Assembly: GCA_045587985.1 (NCBI GenBank)
Contig: JAZNDG010000058.1
Span: forward strand, 1 to 59,365
Reading direction: 5' to 3'
DNA length: 59,365 bases
Source of the DNA: Eubacteriales bacterium
GTDB lineage: Bacteria; Bacillota; Clostridia; Oscillospirales; CAG-272
This document shows, in pieces, positions 8,609-16,189 of this stretch. The notes beneath the pieces are model-generated. The model saw nothing but the letters and a program-made list of their open reading frames with translations, searched no databases and was not told the DNA's origin. The translations under genes and the position numbers were made by a program. Each line of letters begins with the position of its first letter. Position 1 is the stretch's first letter.

Positions 8609-9928
8609 TCACGCCTTGCCGCTTGCGTAGTATTTTTTAAATTCCTCGTCCGGCACCATGCTGCCGCCGGTTGCCCAGGCAAGATGCACACCGCGCGGCG
8701 TTTCCGGGCGCGCCCCTGTCAGAACAAAGGGGCCGTACACACCGCAAAGGGCGCTCGGCTCAAGGCGGATGCCCTCCTTATCGTACATTTTAGCAAGCAG
8801 GGCACTCATGCGCTCATCGGTCACCGAGTAGCAGCCGTCCATATGCCCCTCCATAAACCGCCCGACAAAGCCGGAGGCGCGCCCAACGGCAAGCCCGTCT
8901 GCAATCGTGCGGTTATCAGCTCCGAGGTCACCGACCGAGATGGCGTTGTGCAGTCCGGTTGCCATCCCAAGCGCCATACAGGGCGAGTGGGTGGGCTCGG
9001 CAAAATAGCAGTGAACGTTGTCACGGAAGATGAGCTTTAAGCCAAAGGCTACGCCCCCGGGGCCGCCACCCACACCGCAGGGAAGATAGACATAAAGCGG
9101 GTTCTCGGCCGAGATCACGATGCCTGCGGCATCCATCTGTGCGGCAAGCCGCTCGGCGGCCACCGCATAGCCGAGAAAGAGGGTTCTTGAATTTTCATCA
9201 TCCACAAAGTGGCAGAAGGGGTCGCCCGCCGCCTCCTTGCGGCCGTTTTCCACCGCCACGCTGTAATCGTCCTTATATTCGATCACCGTCACGCCCTTTT
9301 CCCTGAGCATCCTCTTTTTCCACTCGCGCGCATCGGCCGACATATGTACCGTCACACGGAAGCCGAGCTTTGCGCTCATAATGCCGATCGAAAGACCAAG
9401 GTTGCCGGTCGAGCCCACCGCGATCGAATAGCGGGAGAAAAGGGTACGGAATTTGTCGGTTGCAAGGATGGCGTAATCGTCCTTTTCGGTAAGCCCGCCC
9501 TCCTCCATTGCGATCCGCTCGGCCACGTGGAGGACCTCGTAAATGCCGCCGCGCGCCTTGATCGAGCCCGAAACCGCAAGATGGCTGTCAAGCTTGATCA
9601 GGAGCTCGCCCGGGAGCTTCACGCCGTATTCTTCTTCAAGAGCGGCCTGCATATGGGGGATCGCCTGCATGGGGGATTCAAGGATGCCGTCCGTTTTTAC
9701 GGTCTCGGGAAAGGCGACCTTGAAGTAGGAGGCAAAGCGCGAAAGCCGTGCCGAGGCATCGGCAACGTCACGCTCGGTCAGCTCGCTTCCCACGATGGCC
9801 TCGGCAAACGGGCGCTTTTTGGGGTTCTCCCAAAAGAATTCGCGCATCGCGGCCACGCTTTTTGCAATGGGGCATTCCTTGATCGCATCGGCAAGGCTCT
9901 TGCTCATTTCTTTTCCTTTGCAGTTCAT
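8609..9928 (-). CDS. dsdA: D-serine ammonia-lyase (PLP-dependent)
   Basis: PLP-lysine motif [13 protein letters not shown] plus overall DsdA-like length and order. ATG at 9926-9928 (MNCKGKEM...) follows a GAAAGGAA RBS. The track start 9988 overlaps yitT. Confidence 0.85.
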   Translation of the reverse strand: MNCKGKEMSKSLADAIKECPIAKSVAAMREFFWENPKKRPFAEAIVGSELTERDVADASARLSRFASYFKVAFPETVKTDGILESPMQAIPHMQAALEEEYGVKLPGELLIKLDSHLAVSGSIKARGGIYEVLHVAERIAMEEGGLTEKDDYAILATDKFRTLFSRYSIAVGSTGNLGLSIGIMSAKLGFRVTVHMSADAREWKKRMLREKGVTVIEYKDDYSVAVENGRKEAAGDPFCHFVDDENSRTLFLGYAVAAERLAAQMDAAGIVISAENPLYVYLPCGVGGGPGGVAFGLKLIFRDNVHCYFAEPTHSPCMALGMATGLHNAISVGDLGADNRTIADGLAVGRASGFVGRFMEGHMDGCYSVTDERMSALLAKMYDKEGIRLEPSALCGVYGPFVLTGARPETPRGVHLAWATGGSMVPDEEFKKYYASGKA

Positions 9929-9984
9929 AACAGTTCCTTTCTTCGTGTGGCGGCCTGCCCTATCGCTCCGGGCAGGCGGCGCGC

Positions 9985-10866
9985 TCATATTTTTCTTTTG
10001 AAGTTTCCGAACACCTCGTTGACCTTCTCAAAGCTTGCAAAGGTGTCGGGATAGCTCTTTAAGATCTTCATCATCGTACCGATCTGGCGCTTGTTGATGA
10101 TGCAGATCAGCATATATTTGTCGGTGTCTGAATACATACCGTGCACCTTGATCTCGGTGATACCGTGCTTAAGGCGTTCCATCAGCTCCCGGGACAGCTC
10201 GCTTGGATGGTTGGTGACGATCTCGAACTTGTATCCGTTTTTGATGCCGCTGAGCCCGTTATCCACAATGACGTTGGCAATGAAAAGGTTCAGTAGGGTA
10301 CAGATCACGGGGGTGATCCTCATACCGTACACAAAGAATGCGATGAAAACCACGCTTGCATCCATGATAAACGAGATGTAAGCGATATTCGTTTCGGGCC
10401 GCGCCTTTTTGATGAGGGCTGAGATCCCGTAGGTGCCGCCGCTTGCGCCAAAGTGGCGGAGCATCAGGGAAAAGCCAAAGCCGGAGATGACGCCCGTGGC
10501 AATACAGGCAAAGACGATGTTAAAATCCTCGGCGTTGTTTGAAAGCGAGTAGGCCTGCAGCCCTATGACGTCATACAGGCGGGGGATAAAGGACTGCACG
10601 AGCATATAGATGCTGAGCATAAAGCCAAGCCTCTTGTTGACAAGGAGGCTCACCAAGATAAAGATGGGGAGGTTGAAGGCCACCATCAGGATCGACCAGC
10701 TGACCCGATTTTCAAGAAGGTGATAGGTGATCGTGGCAAGACCGCCCACTCCTCCGGGTGCAAAGCTGTTGCTGTTCTGAAACACGTGATAGGCAGTGCC
10801 TACGATGATGCCCGCCACGATCGCACATAATACGTCAAAGCCGATTTCCTTGCTCTTTTTTTTCAT
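9985..10866 (-). CDS. YitT-family membrane protein (with C-terminal DUF2179 domain)
   Basis: Five to six TM segments, then [48 protein letters not shown], the typical DUF2179 tail. Confidence 0.85.
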   Translation of the reverse strand: MKKKSKEIGFDVLCAIVAGIIVGTAYHVFQNSNSFAPGGVGGLATITYHLLENRVSWSILMVAFNLPIFILVSLLVNKRLGFMLSIYMLVQSFIPRLYDVIGLQAYSLSNNAEDFNIVFACIATGVISGFGFSLMLRHFGASGGTYGISALIKKARPETNIAYISFIMDASVVFIAFFVYGMRITPVICTLLNLFIANVIVDNGLSGIKNGYKFEIVTNHPSELSRELMERLKHGITEIKVHGMYSDTDKYMLICIINKRQIGTMMKILKSYPDTFASFEKVNEVFGNFKRKI

Positions 10867-10926
10867 AGCTGTTCCTTTCTCGGTATAGCTCCTCGATATC
10901 CTCTCTCCGGGGGGGCTTGCGGTTAT

Positions 10927-11649
10927 TTATGAAAAGGCCGAGAGCACCGCCCTGATCGCGATCTCCCTCTCCTTCTCGGTTACGGGCGTGTCGAATTCGT
11001 CAAAGCGGTTGCTTGCAATATCTCCTCCCGTCAGGGCGTGATACCACGTAAGGGCCAACAGATACCGCCCGACACCGAGGGCCGCGTGGAAGGTATCTCT
11101 GTGGACCTTCGGGACGCCAAGCTCGCTTGCCTTCATCATAGCTGTTCCCGCGGGGATGATCCCATCGGCGCGGATCAGCTGCGCGGCCTTGGCATAAGAA
11201 GCGTGAACGGAGGCGAACATATCGTGCGAGGTTGCAAAGATGCCGAGCTCCTTCAGCCTGTCGCTGCCCTCCTCATACGCCCAGGTTTCGTGCAGGAGGA
11301 GCTTTGCGCGCGGGCATTGCGCCCGTACATAGTCAGCCAAGGCCTCAATAAACGGTGAGTAGGTTTCAAACCGCCCACTCAAAGGGCTTGCCTGCTGCAG
11401 GGTGACAACGTCCCATGCATCGCTTGCGAGGGCATCGCTGAGCGAGATCATCCTGCCGGTGTCCTCGCCGTTCCTTTCAAGCGCATAAGCGGCATCTCCG
11501 CTCAGCATATTGGCGTGGTGCCGCTCAAGCGAGCAGCCGCCGATGAAGAGGTTGGTCGTTTCGATATTCATTCCGCTCGCTTTTGCAAGGCGAGACAGAT
11601 AGCGCTGGGCATCCTGGGAAAAGCTGTTGCCGATGGATAGAATCTTCAT
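10927..11649 (-). CDS. DUF4886-like (SGNH-hydrolase-fold) protein
   Basis: ATG at 11647-11649 after AAGGAG. MKILSIGNSFSQDAQRYL...LFIGGCSLERH resembles DUF4886 N-termini. The track start 11715 runs into the rumA fragment. Confidence 0.6.
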   Translation of the reverse strand: MKILSIGNSFSQDAQRYLSRLAKASGMNIETTNLFIGGCSLERHHANMLSGDAAYALERNGEDTGRMISLSDALASDAWDVVTLQQASPLSGRFETYSPFIEALADYVRAQCPRAKLLLHETWAYEEGSDRLKELGIFATSHDMFASVHASYAKAAQLIRADGIIPAGTAMMKASELGVPKVHRDTFHAALGVGRYLLALTWYHALTGGDIASNRFDEFDTPVTEKEREIAIRAVLSAFS

Positions 11650-11699
11650 TGTATACTCCTTCTTTATACTGTAAAGCAGTTTTTGATATCGCTTGTTGT

Positions 11700-11759
11700 C
11701 TTGCGCGTCAGACAAACGACACTCTCAACGTGGGTCAACAGAGCAAAAGGTCTCATTTT
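11700..11759 (-). pseudogene. orphan 3'-end fragment of a RumA/TrmA-family methyltransferase gene
   Basis: Minus-strand translation gives KMRPFALLTHVESVVCLTRK. Compare the live C-termini DMFPFTSHVETVVCLTRK* (14286) and DLFPRTGHVESLVCLHKQTN* (16191). There is no gene body upstream of the fragment. Confidence 0.65.
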
Positions 11760-11800
11760 AGCCGAAAAACGGGGGTTGTAAGTGCAAAAAGTCTCATTTT
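11743..11800. repeat. two 17-nt direct repeats GCAAAA(G/A)GTCTCATTTT, 41 bp apart
   Basis: 11743-11759 and 11784-11800 differ at one position. They lie at the left boundary of the AT-rich island. Confidence 0.9.
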
Positions 11801-11923
11801 CATAGGTGGAAAGTAACCTTTGTCCCTAAAATGTTGAAGTTTTTGTGACTTAATTGATTTTCCGCTAGTTAAAGGGAACATATCAAAATTCAAAAAAGTC
11901 TTTAATATATTTCGCCAAAACAG

Positions 11924-11952
11924 TTGACTTTTTCACGATTTCGTGATAATAT
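11924..11952 (+). promoter_or_regulatory. sigma-70/SigA-type promoter of the methyltransferase gene
   Basis: TTGACT (11924-11929), 17-nt spacer, TAATAT (11947-11952), located 28 nt upstream of ATG 11980. Confidence 0.6.
11933..11946. promoter_or_regulatory. perfect 14-bp palindrome TCACGA-TT-TCGTGA inside the promoter spacer (candidate operator)
   Basis: Seen directly in the sequence. A third TCGTGA half-site lies at 11961-11966, between the -10 element and the RBS. Confidence 0.5.
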
Positions 11953-11979
11953 ATATTATATCGTGAAAGGGGATTGAAC

Positions 11980-13314
11980 ATGGCTATTTGTTACAATAAA
12001 CTATTTCACTTGTTAATTGATAAAAAAATATCTCAAAATGAACTGATTAAGGGCGCAGGTGTTTCCGCTAATATTTTAACTCGATTGAAACGAAACGAGT
12101 ACATATCAATGGAAAGTATAGAAAAAATATGCAACTTTCTCTCCTGTACTCCGAACGATATACTTGAATTTACATCTGGAATAAATACTATGAATGTAAT
12201 CGATTTATTCGCAGGATGCGGTGGCTTGAGCCTTGGATTTGAAATGGCGGGATTCAATATTCCTCTTGCGGTAGAAAGCGATGCTTGGGCAGCCGAAACA
12301 TACGCTCATAATCATTCTCATACAAAAGTTGTAACACAGGACATAACTCAAATATTTGACTTTAATAATCTTCTTGCGCCATCAACCATCATAGACGGAA
12401 TTATAGGTGGTCCGCCTTGCCAAGGCTTCTCTTTAAGTGGAAACCGAGATAAAAACGATCCTCGCAATAGCTTGTTTATGGATTTTGTGCGTTTTGTTAA
12501 ACATTATAATCCTAAATTCTTTGTAATGGAAAATGTATCGGGAATTTTATCAATGGTAACAAAAAGCGGAGAGTTGGTAAAAGATGTTATTCTCAAGGAA
12601 TACGACAAAGCAGGATACAATGTGGAAATTTTCCAATTAAATGCCGCAGAGTTTGGTGTTCCCCAATCGAGAATTCGTGTGTTCTTTATCGGTTTAAGAA
12701 AAGATATTGTTTACAACAAAGAAGCATTAGAACCGCGTGGCTTTTTGTTTGGAAATGAGCAAATTACTATCCGTGATGCTATAATGGATTTACCTCAAAT
12801 ACAAGCAGGCGAAGGAAATGAGGAATCCTCTTACGATACAGAACCTACCACTGAATACCAAATGTGGGCAAGGGGCAATTGTTCTGTCTTGCACAATCAT
12901 GTAACAATGCGTCATACGCCCAGATTGATAGAAAGATTTAGTCATATAGGTTTTGGCGAATCAGTTGCCGATGTGGCTGAAGAATATCAACAAAGACAAC
13001 GTGGGGACGCAACTAAAATCAGCGGAAAAGTTTATTCGCAAAACAACATGAGACCTTTCCCCGACAAGCCATCTCCCACTATTCCCGCAAGTTTCCAAAG
13101 TAATTTCGTTCACCCCTATCTAAACCGCAATTATACGGCAAGAGAAGGGGCAAGGTTGCAGTCGTTCCCCGATGACTATGTTTTCCTTGGAAAAAGAACA
13201 ACTATGTCTTGGGAAAAGAATCTGTCGCAATATCAGCAAATAGGAAACGCTGTACCTCCTCTTTTGGCAAAAGCAATAGCAGAAAAACTCATTCAATATT
13301 TATCACGGATTTAA
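11980..13314 (+). CDS. DNA (cytosine-5)-methyltransferase with N-terminal Cro/C1-type HTH domain
   Basis: The HTH is ISQNELIKGAGVSANILTRLKRNEYISMESIEKICNFLSCTPNDIL. The C5-MTase motifs are IDLFAGCGGLSLGF (I), GGPPCQGFS (IV), FFVMENVSG (VI) and QIGNAVPP (X). ATG at 11980 has GAAAGGGG upstream (the track start 11974 is TTG). The gene is AT-rich. Confidence 0.9.
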   Translation: MAICYNKLFHLLIDKKISQNELIKGAGVSANILTRLKRNEYISMESIEKICNFLSCTPNDILEFTSGINTMNVIDLFAGCGGLSLGFEMAGFNIPLAVESDAWAAETYAHNHSHTKVVTQDITQIFDFNNLLAPSTIIDGIIGGPPCQGFSLSGNRDKNDPRNSLFMDFVRFVKHYNPKFFVMENVSGILSMVTKSGELVKDVILKEYDKAGYNVEIFQLNAAEFGVPQSRIRVFFIGLRKDIVYNKEALEPRGFLFGNEQITIRDAIMDLPQIQAGEGNEESSYDTEPTTEYQMWARGNCSVLHNHVTMRHTPRLIERFSHIGFGESVADVAEEYQQRQRGDATKISGKVYSQNNMRPFPDKPSPTIPASFQSNFVHPYLNRNYTAREGARLQSFPDDYVFLGKRTTMSWEKNLSQYQQIGNAVPPLLAKAIAEKLIQYLSRI

Positions 13315-14082
13315 CAATCTGCCAGGGACATGAATCCCATCATCGTTTGCAAGTTCGGAAATTGCAGTGTTTATTTCTTTCCAATAATCAAATATTGTAG
13401 TTGCATCCATAGGCGAATGCTCGTTGGCTCTTAATACGAATATTTCATTTAGCACAGAATCTTGCCTTGCGGCGATAATATGCTCGTCTGCTAAATTCTT
13501 GTGTCCCATAAGTACATATGTACGAGAATTTGGGGAGGCACTTTTTATTGATTTGCTCGACGATTTAACTTCTCCAAACATCGTAGCATCCAAATAGGTT
13601 TTGACTTCAACAGCCACAACAGGAAGTATCAATGTTGTTGGCTGTTGATCATCTATTGTGATAGTAACCTTTTTACCAATACAAAAATCGACATCCTTTT
13701 TGATAATTTCAATATGACGATTTCCATCAATTTTCAATCCTGCATAAATACCTTTGTTGAATACACCAAGTGTATTCGAAGTAATATCTGGCAAATCTTT
13801 GAAGAGATAGGCGCTGATTTCTTCTAGAAATGTAGATGCAAATTTCGATTGCGATGATATGCCATGTGCGGCTGAAAAAGAATTTAAGAAATCATAATAA
13901 GCATTAAATATTTCGCTTGCTCTAATAAATGCATCGGGATTTTCCTCTGAAAAGGTAAGGGAAGAAATTTCTGCACGCATCGGCAAGTACACTGTATCGT
14001 ACAAGTTTTGAATTTCTGTGGCTTTATTTTTGTAATTTGTTCTTATTTTTGTTTGAAGATTACTCTCATGAATGTAAAGCAT
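13303..14082 (-). CDS. candidate type II restriction endonuclease (PD-(D/E)XK-like), family not assignable by eye
   Basis: 259 aa, convergent with and overlapping the methyltransferase by 12 nt, with the same AT-rich composition. Candidate catalytic pattern is KKDVDFCIG...LPVVAVEVKTYLD (D...E-x-K). ATG at 14080-14082 follows AAAGGGGA. Confidence 0.5.
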   Translation of the reverse strand: MLYIHESNLQTKIRTNYKNKATEIQNLYDTVYLPMRAEISSLTFSEENPDAFIRASEIFNAYYDFLNSFSAAHGISSQSKFASTFLEEISAYLFKDLPDITSNTLGVFNKGIYAGLKIDGNRHIEIIKKDVDFCIGKKVTITIDDQQPTTLILPVVAVEVKTYLDATMFGEVKSSSKSIKSASPNSRTYVLMGHKNLADEHIIAARQDSVLNEIFVLRANEHSPMDATTIFDYWKEINTAISELANDDGIHVPGRLLNP

Positions 14083-14110
14083 AAAATTCCCCTTTGTTAG
14101 TTATATGTTT

Positions 14111-14169
14111 TCTTCGATATGATAACCATGATTGCTGTAAAAAGCACTTTTGAGTTTTGCTCAAAAGTG
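14111..14169. repeat. copy of the rumA1 leader segment (paralogous to 15501-15550), ending in hairpin CACTTTTGA/TCAAAAGTG
   Basis: Ungapped hand alignment of 14111-14160 against 15501-15550 gives 38/50 identities. The inverted repeat lies at 14145-14169. Confidence 0.75.
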
Positions 14170-14285
14170 ATATTTATCCCTTCGTAAAATCAGGGAATTT
14201 TTTTATTTTGAACACTTGTTTTTTGAATTTTTCTCTCAAAACCACTCAAAAAGCTCGATTTTGCCTATTTTAAGCCGATCTTTGC

Positions 14286-15452
14286 TCATTTTCTCGTCAG
14301 ACACACGACCGTTTCCACGTGGCTTGTAAACGGAAACATGTCAAACGGCTGGATCTTCCTTACCGCGTATCCGCCGCGGACGAGGGTACCAAGGTCACGC
14401 GAGAGGGTTTCGGGGTTGCAGGAAATATACACCACCCGCCTTGGTGAGAGGGTGAGAAGGGCGTTTAAAAATTTCGGGCTGCACCCGGCCCTTGGTGGGT
14501 CAAGCATCACAACGTCAGCCCGCTCACGCTTTTTCGCCATTTCGTGCATAAATTCGCCCGCATCGGCGGCGTAAAAGGTGGCGTTCTTGATCCCGTTCTC
14601 GGCGGCGTTGATCCTGGCATCCGCCACCGCATCGCGGTTGACCTCAATACCGATGACCTTCTGCGCGCCGGAGGCGAGGACGAGCCCGATCGTGCCGGTG
14701 CCGCAATAGGCATCGATCACCCGCTCACGCCCGGAAAGGGCGGCAAGCTCACGCGCCTTGCGGTAAAGCCGCTCGGTCATGACGGGGTTGACCTGATAAA
14801 AGGAGCGCGGGCTGATGCGGAAGGTAAGATCGCAAAGCCTGTCGGTAATATAGCCCTCTCCGTATAGGGTCTCACTTATGTTTCCGAGAAAGAGGGGTGT
14901 GTCGGTGGGGTTTATGTTACGCACCACCGTGGTGATCTCGGGGTGGCGGCGGCAGAGCTCGCCCACAAAGGCGTGGGATGCGCAAAAATCTCCCGGCACG
15001 GTCACGATCACCACCATGATCTCTCCCGTAGAGAAGCCGCGGCGGATCAGCACGTGGCGCAAAAAGCCCTGCCCTGTGACCATGTCATAGGGCTTGATCT
15101 TCAAAGACGCCGCCAGCCTTCGGATCGTTGCAAGGATGGGCGCGGCAGAAGCATCCTCCAGCATACACGCATCCACCTCGATAATATGGCGCGAGCCGGA
15201 TTGATAGACCCCCGATACCACCTTTCCGCTTTTTGAGCGGAAGGCCGCCTGCACCTTGTTGCGGTAGTGGGTGGGATCCTCCATCCCGATGATTCTCTCA
15301 ACCTGCCCAAATCGGCCAAGAAGGCGCACGACCCCCGCCTGCTTTACGCGGAGCTGGTCCTCATACGGCAGATTCTGCATGGTGCACGCCCCGCATTTCT
15401 TGGCATACGGGCAGGGAAGCGCGGCTTTTGTATGATGGCTCTCGTTTGTCAT
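14286..15452 (-). CDS. RumA/TrmA-family 23S rRNA (uracil-5-)-methyltransferase paralogue without TRAM domain
   Basis: 388 aa with an N-terminal Cys cluster (CPYAKKCGACTMQ). SAM motif is VIDAYCGTGTIGL, followed by DPPRAGC and C-terminal HVETVVCLTRK. ATG at 15450-15452 follows AAAGGGGAG. Confidence 0.85.
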   Translation of the reverse strand: MTNESHHTKAALPCPYAKKCGACTMQNLPYEDQLRVKQAGVVRLLGRFGQVERIIGMEDPTHYRNKVQAAFRSKSGKVVSGVYQSGSRHIIEVDACMLEDASAAPILATIRRLAASLKIKPYDMVTGQGFLRHVLIRRGFSTGEIMVVIVTVPGDFCASHAFVGELCRRHPEITTVVRNINPTDTPLFLGNISETLYGEGYITDRLCDLTFRISPRSFYQVNPVMTERLYRKARELAALSGRERVIDAYCGTGTIGLVLASGAQKVIGIEVNRDAVADARINAAENGIKNATFYAADAGEFMHEMAKKRERADVVMLDPPRAGCSPKFLNALLTLSPRRVVYISCNPETLSRDLGTLVRGGYAVRKIQPFDMFPFTSHVETVVCLTRK

Positions 15453-15500
15453 AGGCTCCCCTTTCTTTTAAGATGAGGTTGGATAAGTTTCTCCTCGTTT

Positions 15501-15550
15501 CCTTCGATATGTTAACCATTGCCGCTGCAAAATGAGCTTTCAAGTTTTGC
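15501..15550. repeat. rumA1 leader segment, paralogous to 14111-14160
   Basis: See feature 14111-14169. Confidence 0.75.
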
Positions 15551-15559
15551 GGGGGGGGG
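15551..15559. repeat. G9 homopolymer tract
   Basis: Nine consecutive G between the stop of the four-helix-bundle gene (15562) and the rumA1 leader. Confidence 0.95.
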
Positions 15560-15561
15560 AG

Positions 15562-15915
15562 TCACTTTTGTCCGTCAACGGTTTCTTTGGCGGTGGTGAT
15601 GGATGCGATGAGCTTTCTGCGTATTGCACCGCATTTGTTCGCAAGTGCTTTGTATGTACCTTCGTCCATCGCTCCCACTTTAAAAAGAATTTCAAGCCAA
15701 TAGTCGGTTTCATAGCATTCTTTGAGCGCAATTTCAAGTTTATTTACAAAATCTGCGGTGCTCTGGGCATATTTGGCTTCATAGCTGTTCGCTCCGATGG
15801 ATGAACAGGAACGCAGAAGTTGATTTACAAATACGGCTCTGCCTTTGATGTTATCGCAAACGGCGGTGGTTTCTATAGTGAGCTCTACGGCGAGTTCTTT
15901 TATGCTTCTATTCAT
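15562..15915 (-). CDS. four-helix-bundle protein (23S rRNA intervening-sequence protein / Avd-like family)
   Basis: ATG at 15913-15915. MNRSIKELAVELTIETTAVCDNIKGRAVFVNQLLRSCSSIGANSYEAKYAQSTADFVNKLEIALKECYETDYWLEIL has the family-typical SIGANI/YEA...S..DF..KL.IA.KE..ET.YWL pattern. G+C is lower than in the flanks. The track start 16086 runs through the repeat ladder. Confidence 0.75.
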   Translation of the reverse strand: MNRSIKELAVELTIETTAVCDNIKGRAVFVNQLLRSCSSIGANSYEAKYAQSTADFVNKLEIALKECYETDYWLEILFKVGAMDEGTYKALANKCGAIRRKLIASITTAKETVDGQK

Positions 15916-15948
15916 AAATTTTACCTCTTTTAAGTTCGCTTCGCTCAC

Positions 15949-16189
15949 GCGATAGGCACCTTTGGTGCGCGATATGCTTGCTCCGCAAGCGCGATATTGT
16001 TTCGTATTGCGAAACAGCGATATGTTCGCCTGTGGCGAACGCGGTTGAAAGTACGCTGATATAAATCCCCGCGCCCCAATGCGCACGCCGTGCGCTCACA
16101 TCCGCGAAGCGGATATATCGCGCCGCAGGCATATCGCACGCGAATAACGTGCAGCGTATATCGCAAATCCCGCAAGGGATTTATATCGC
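15949..16189. repeat. alternating hairpin/heptamer ladder: GCGATAT x3 (+1 imperfect), then ATATCGC x4
   Basis: GCGATAT lies at 15969, 15991 and 16017, with GCGATAG at 15949. ATATCGC lies at 16115, 16131, 16158 and 16183. Each heptamer abuts a different short hairpin. Examples are GCTTGC-tcc-GCAAGC (15976-15990), TGTTTCG-tattg-CGAAACA (15998-16016), GTTCGCC-tgt-GGCGAAC (16024-16040), GCGCAC-gcc-GTGCGC (16081-16095), ATCCGC-gaa-GCGGAT (16100-16114) and AAATCCC-gcaa-GGGATTT (16165-16182). Confidence 0.9.

Noticed and set aside
13303-14082. Assigning the nuclease to a named family (Bsp6I-, Sau96I-, HhaI- or MspI-like) from its size and its methyltransferase partner.
   Set aside because: Only the length and a generic D...ExK pattern support it, and it is clearly unlike R.MspI as I remember that sequence. 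A family call needs REBASE or HHpred.
15908-16175. Track ORFs 15908..16132 (-) and 15945..16175 (-) across the heptamer ladder.
   Set aside because: They are R/A/C-rich translations of repetitive DNA with no RBS, and they overlap each other in different frames.
15949-16189. The heptamer/hairpin array as a CRISPR array.
   Set aside because: The conserved unit is only 7 nt. The two halves are in opposite orientation, the 'spacers' are themselves palindromic, and there are no cas genes in the window.
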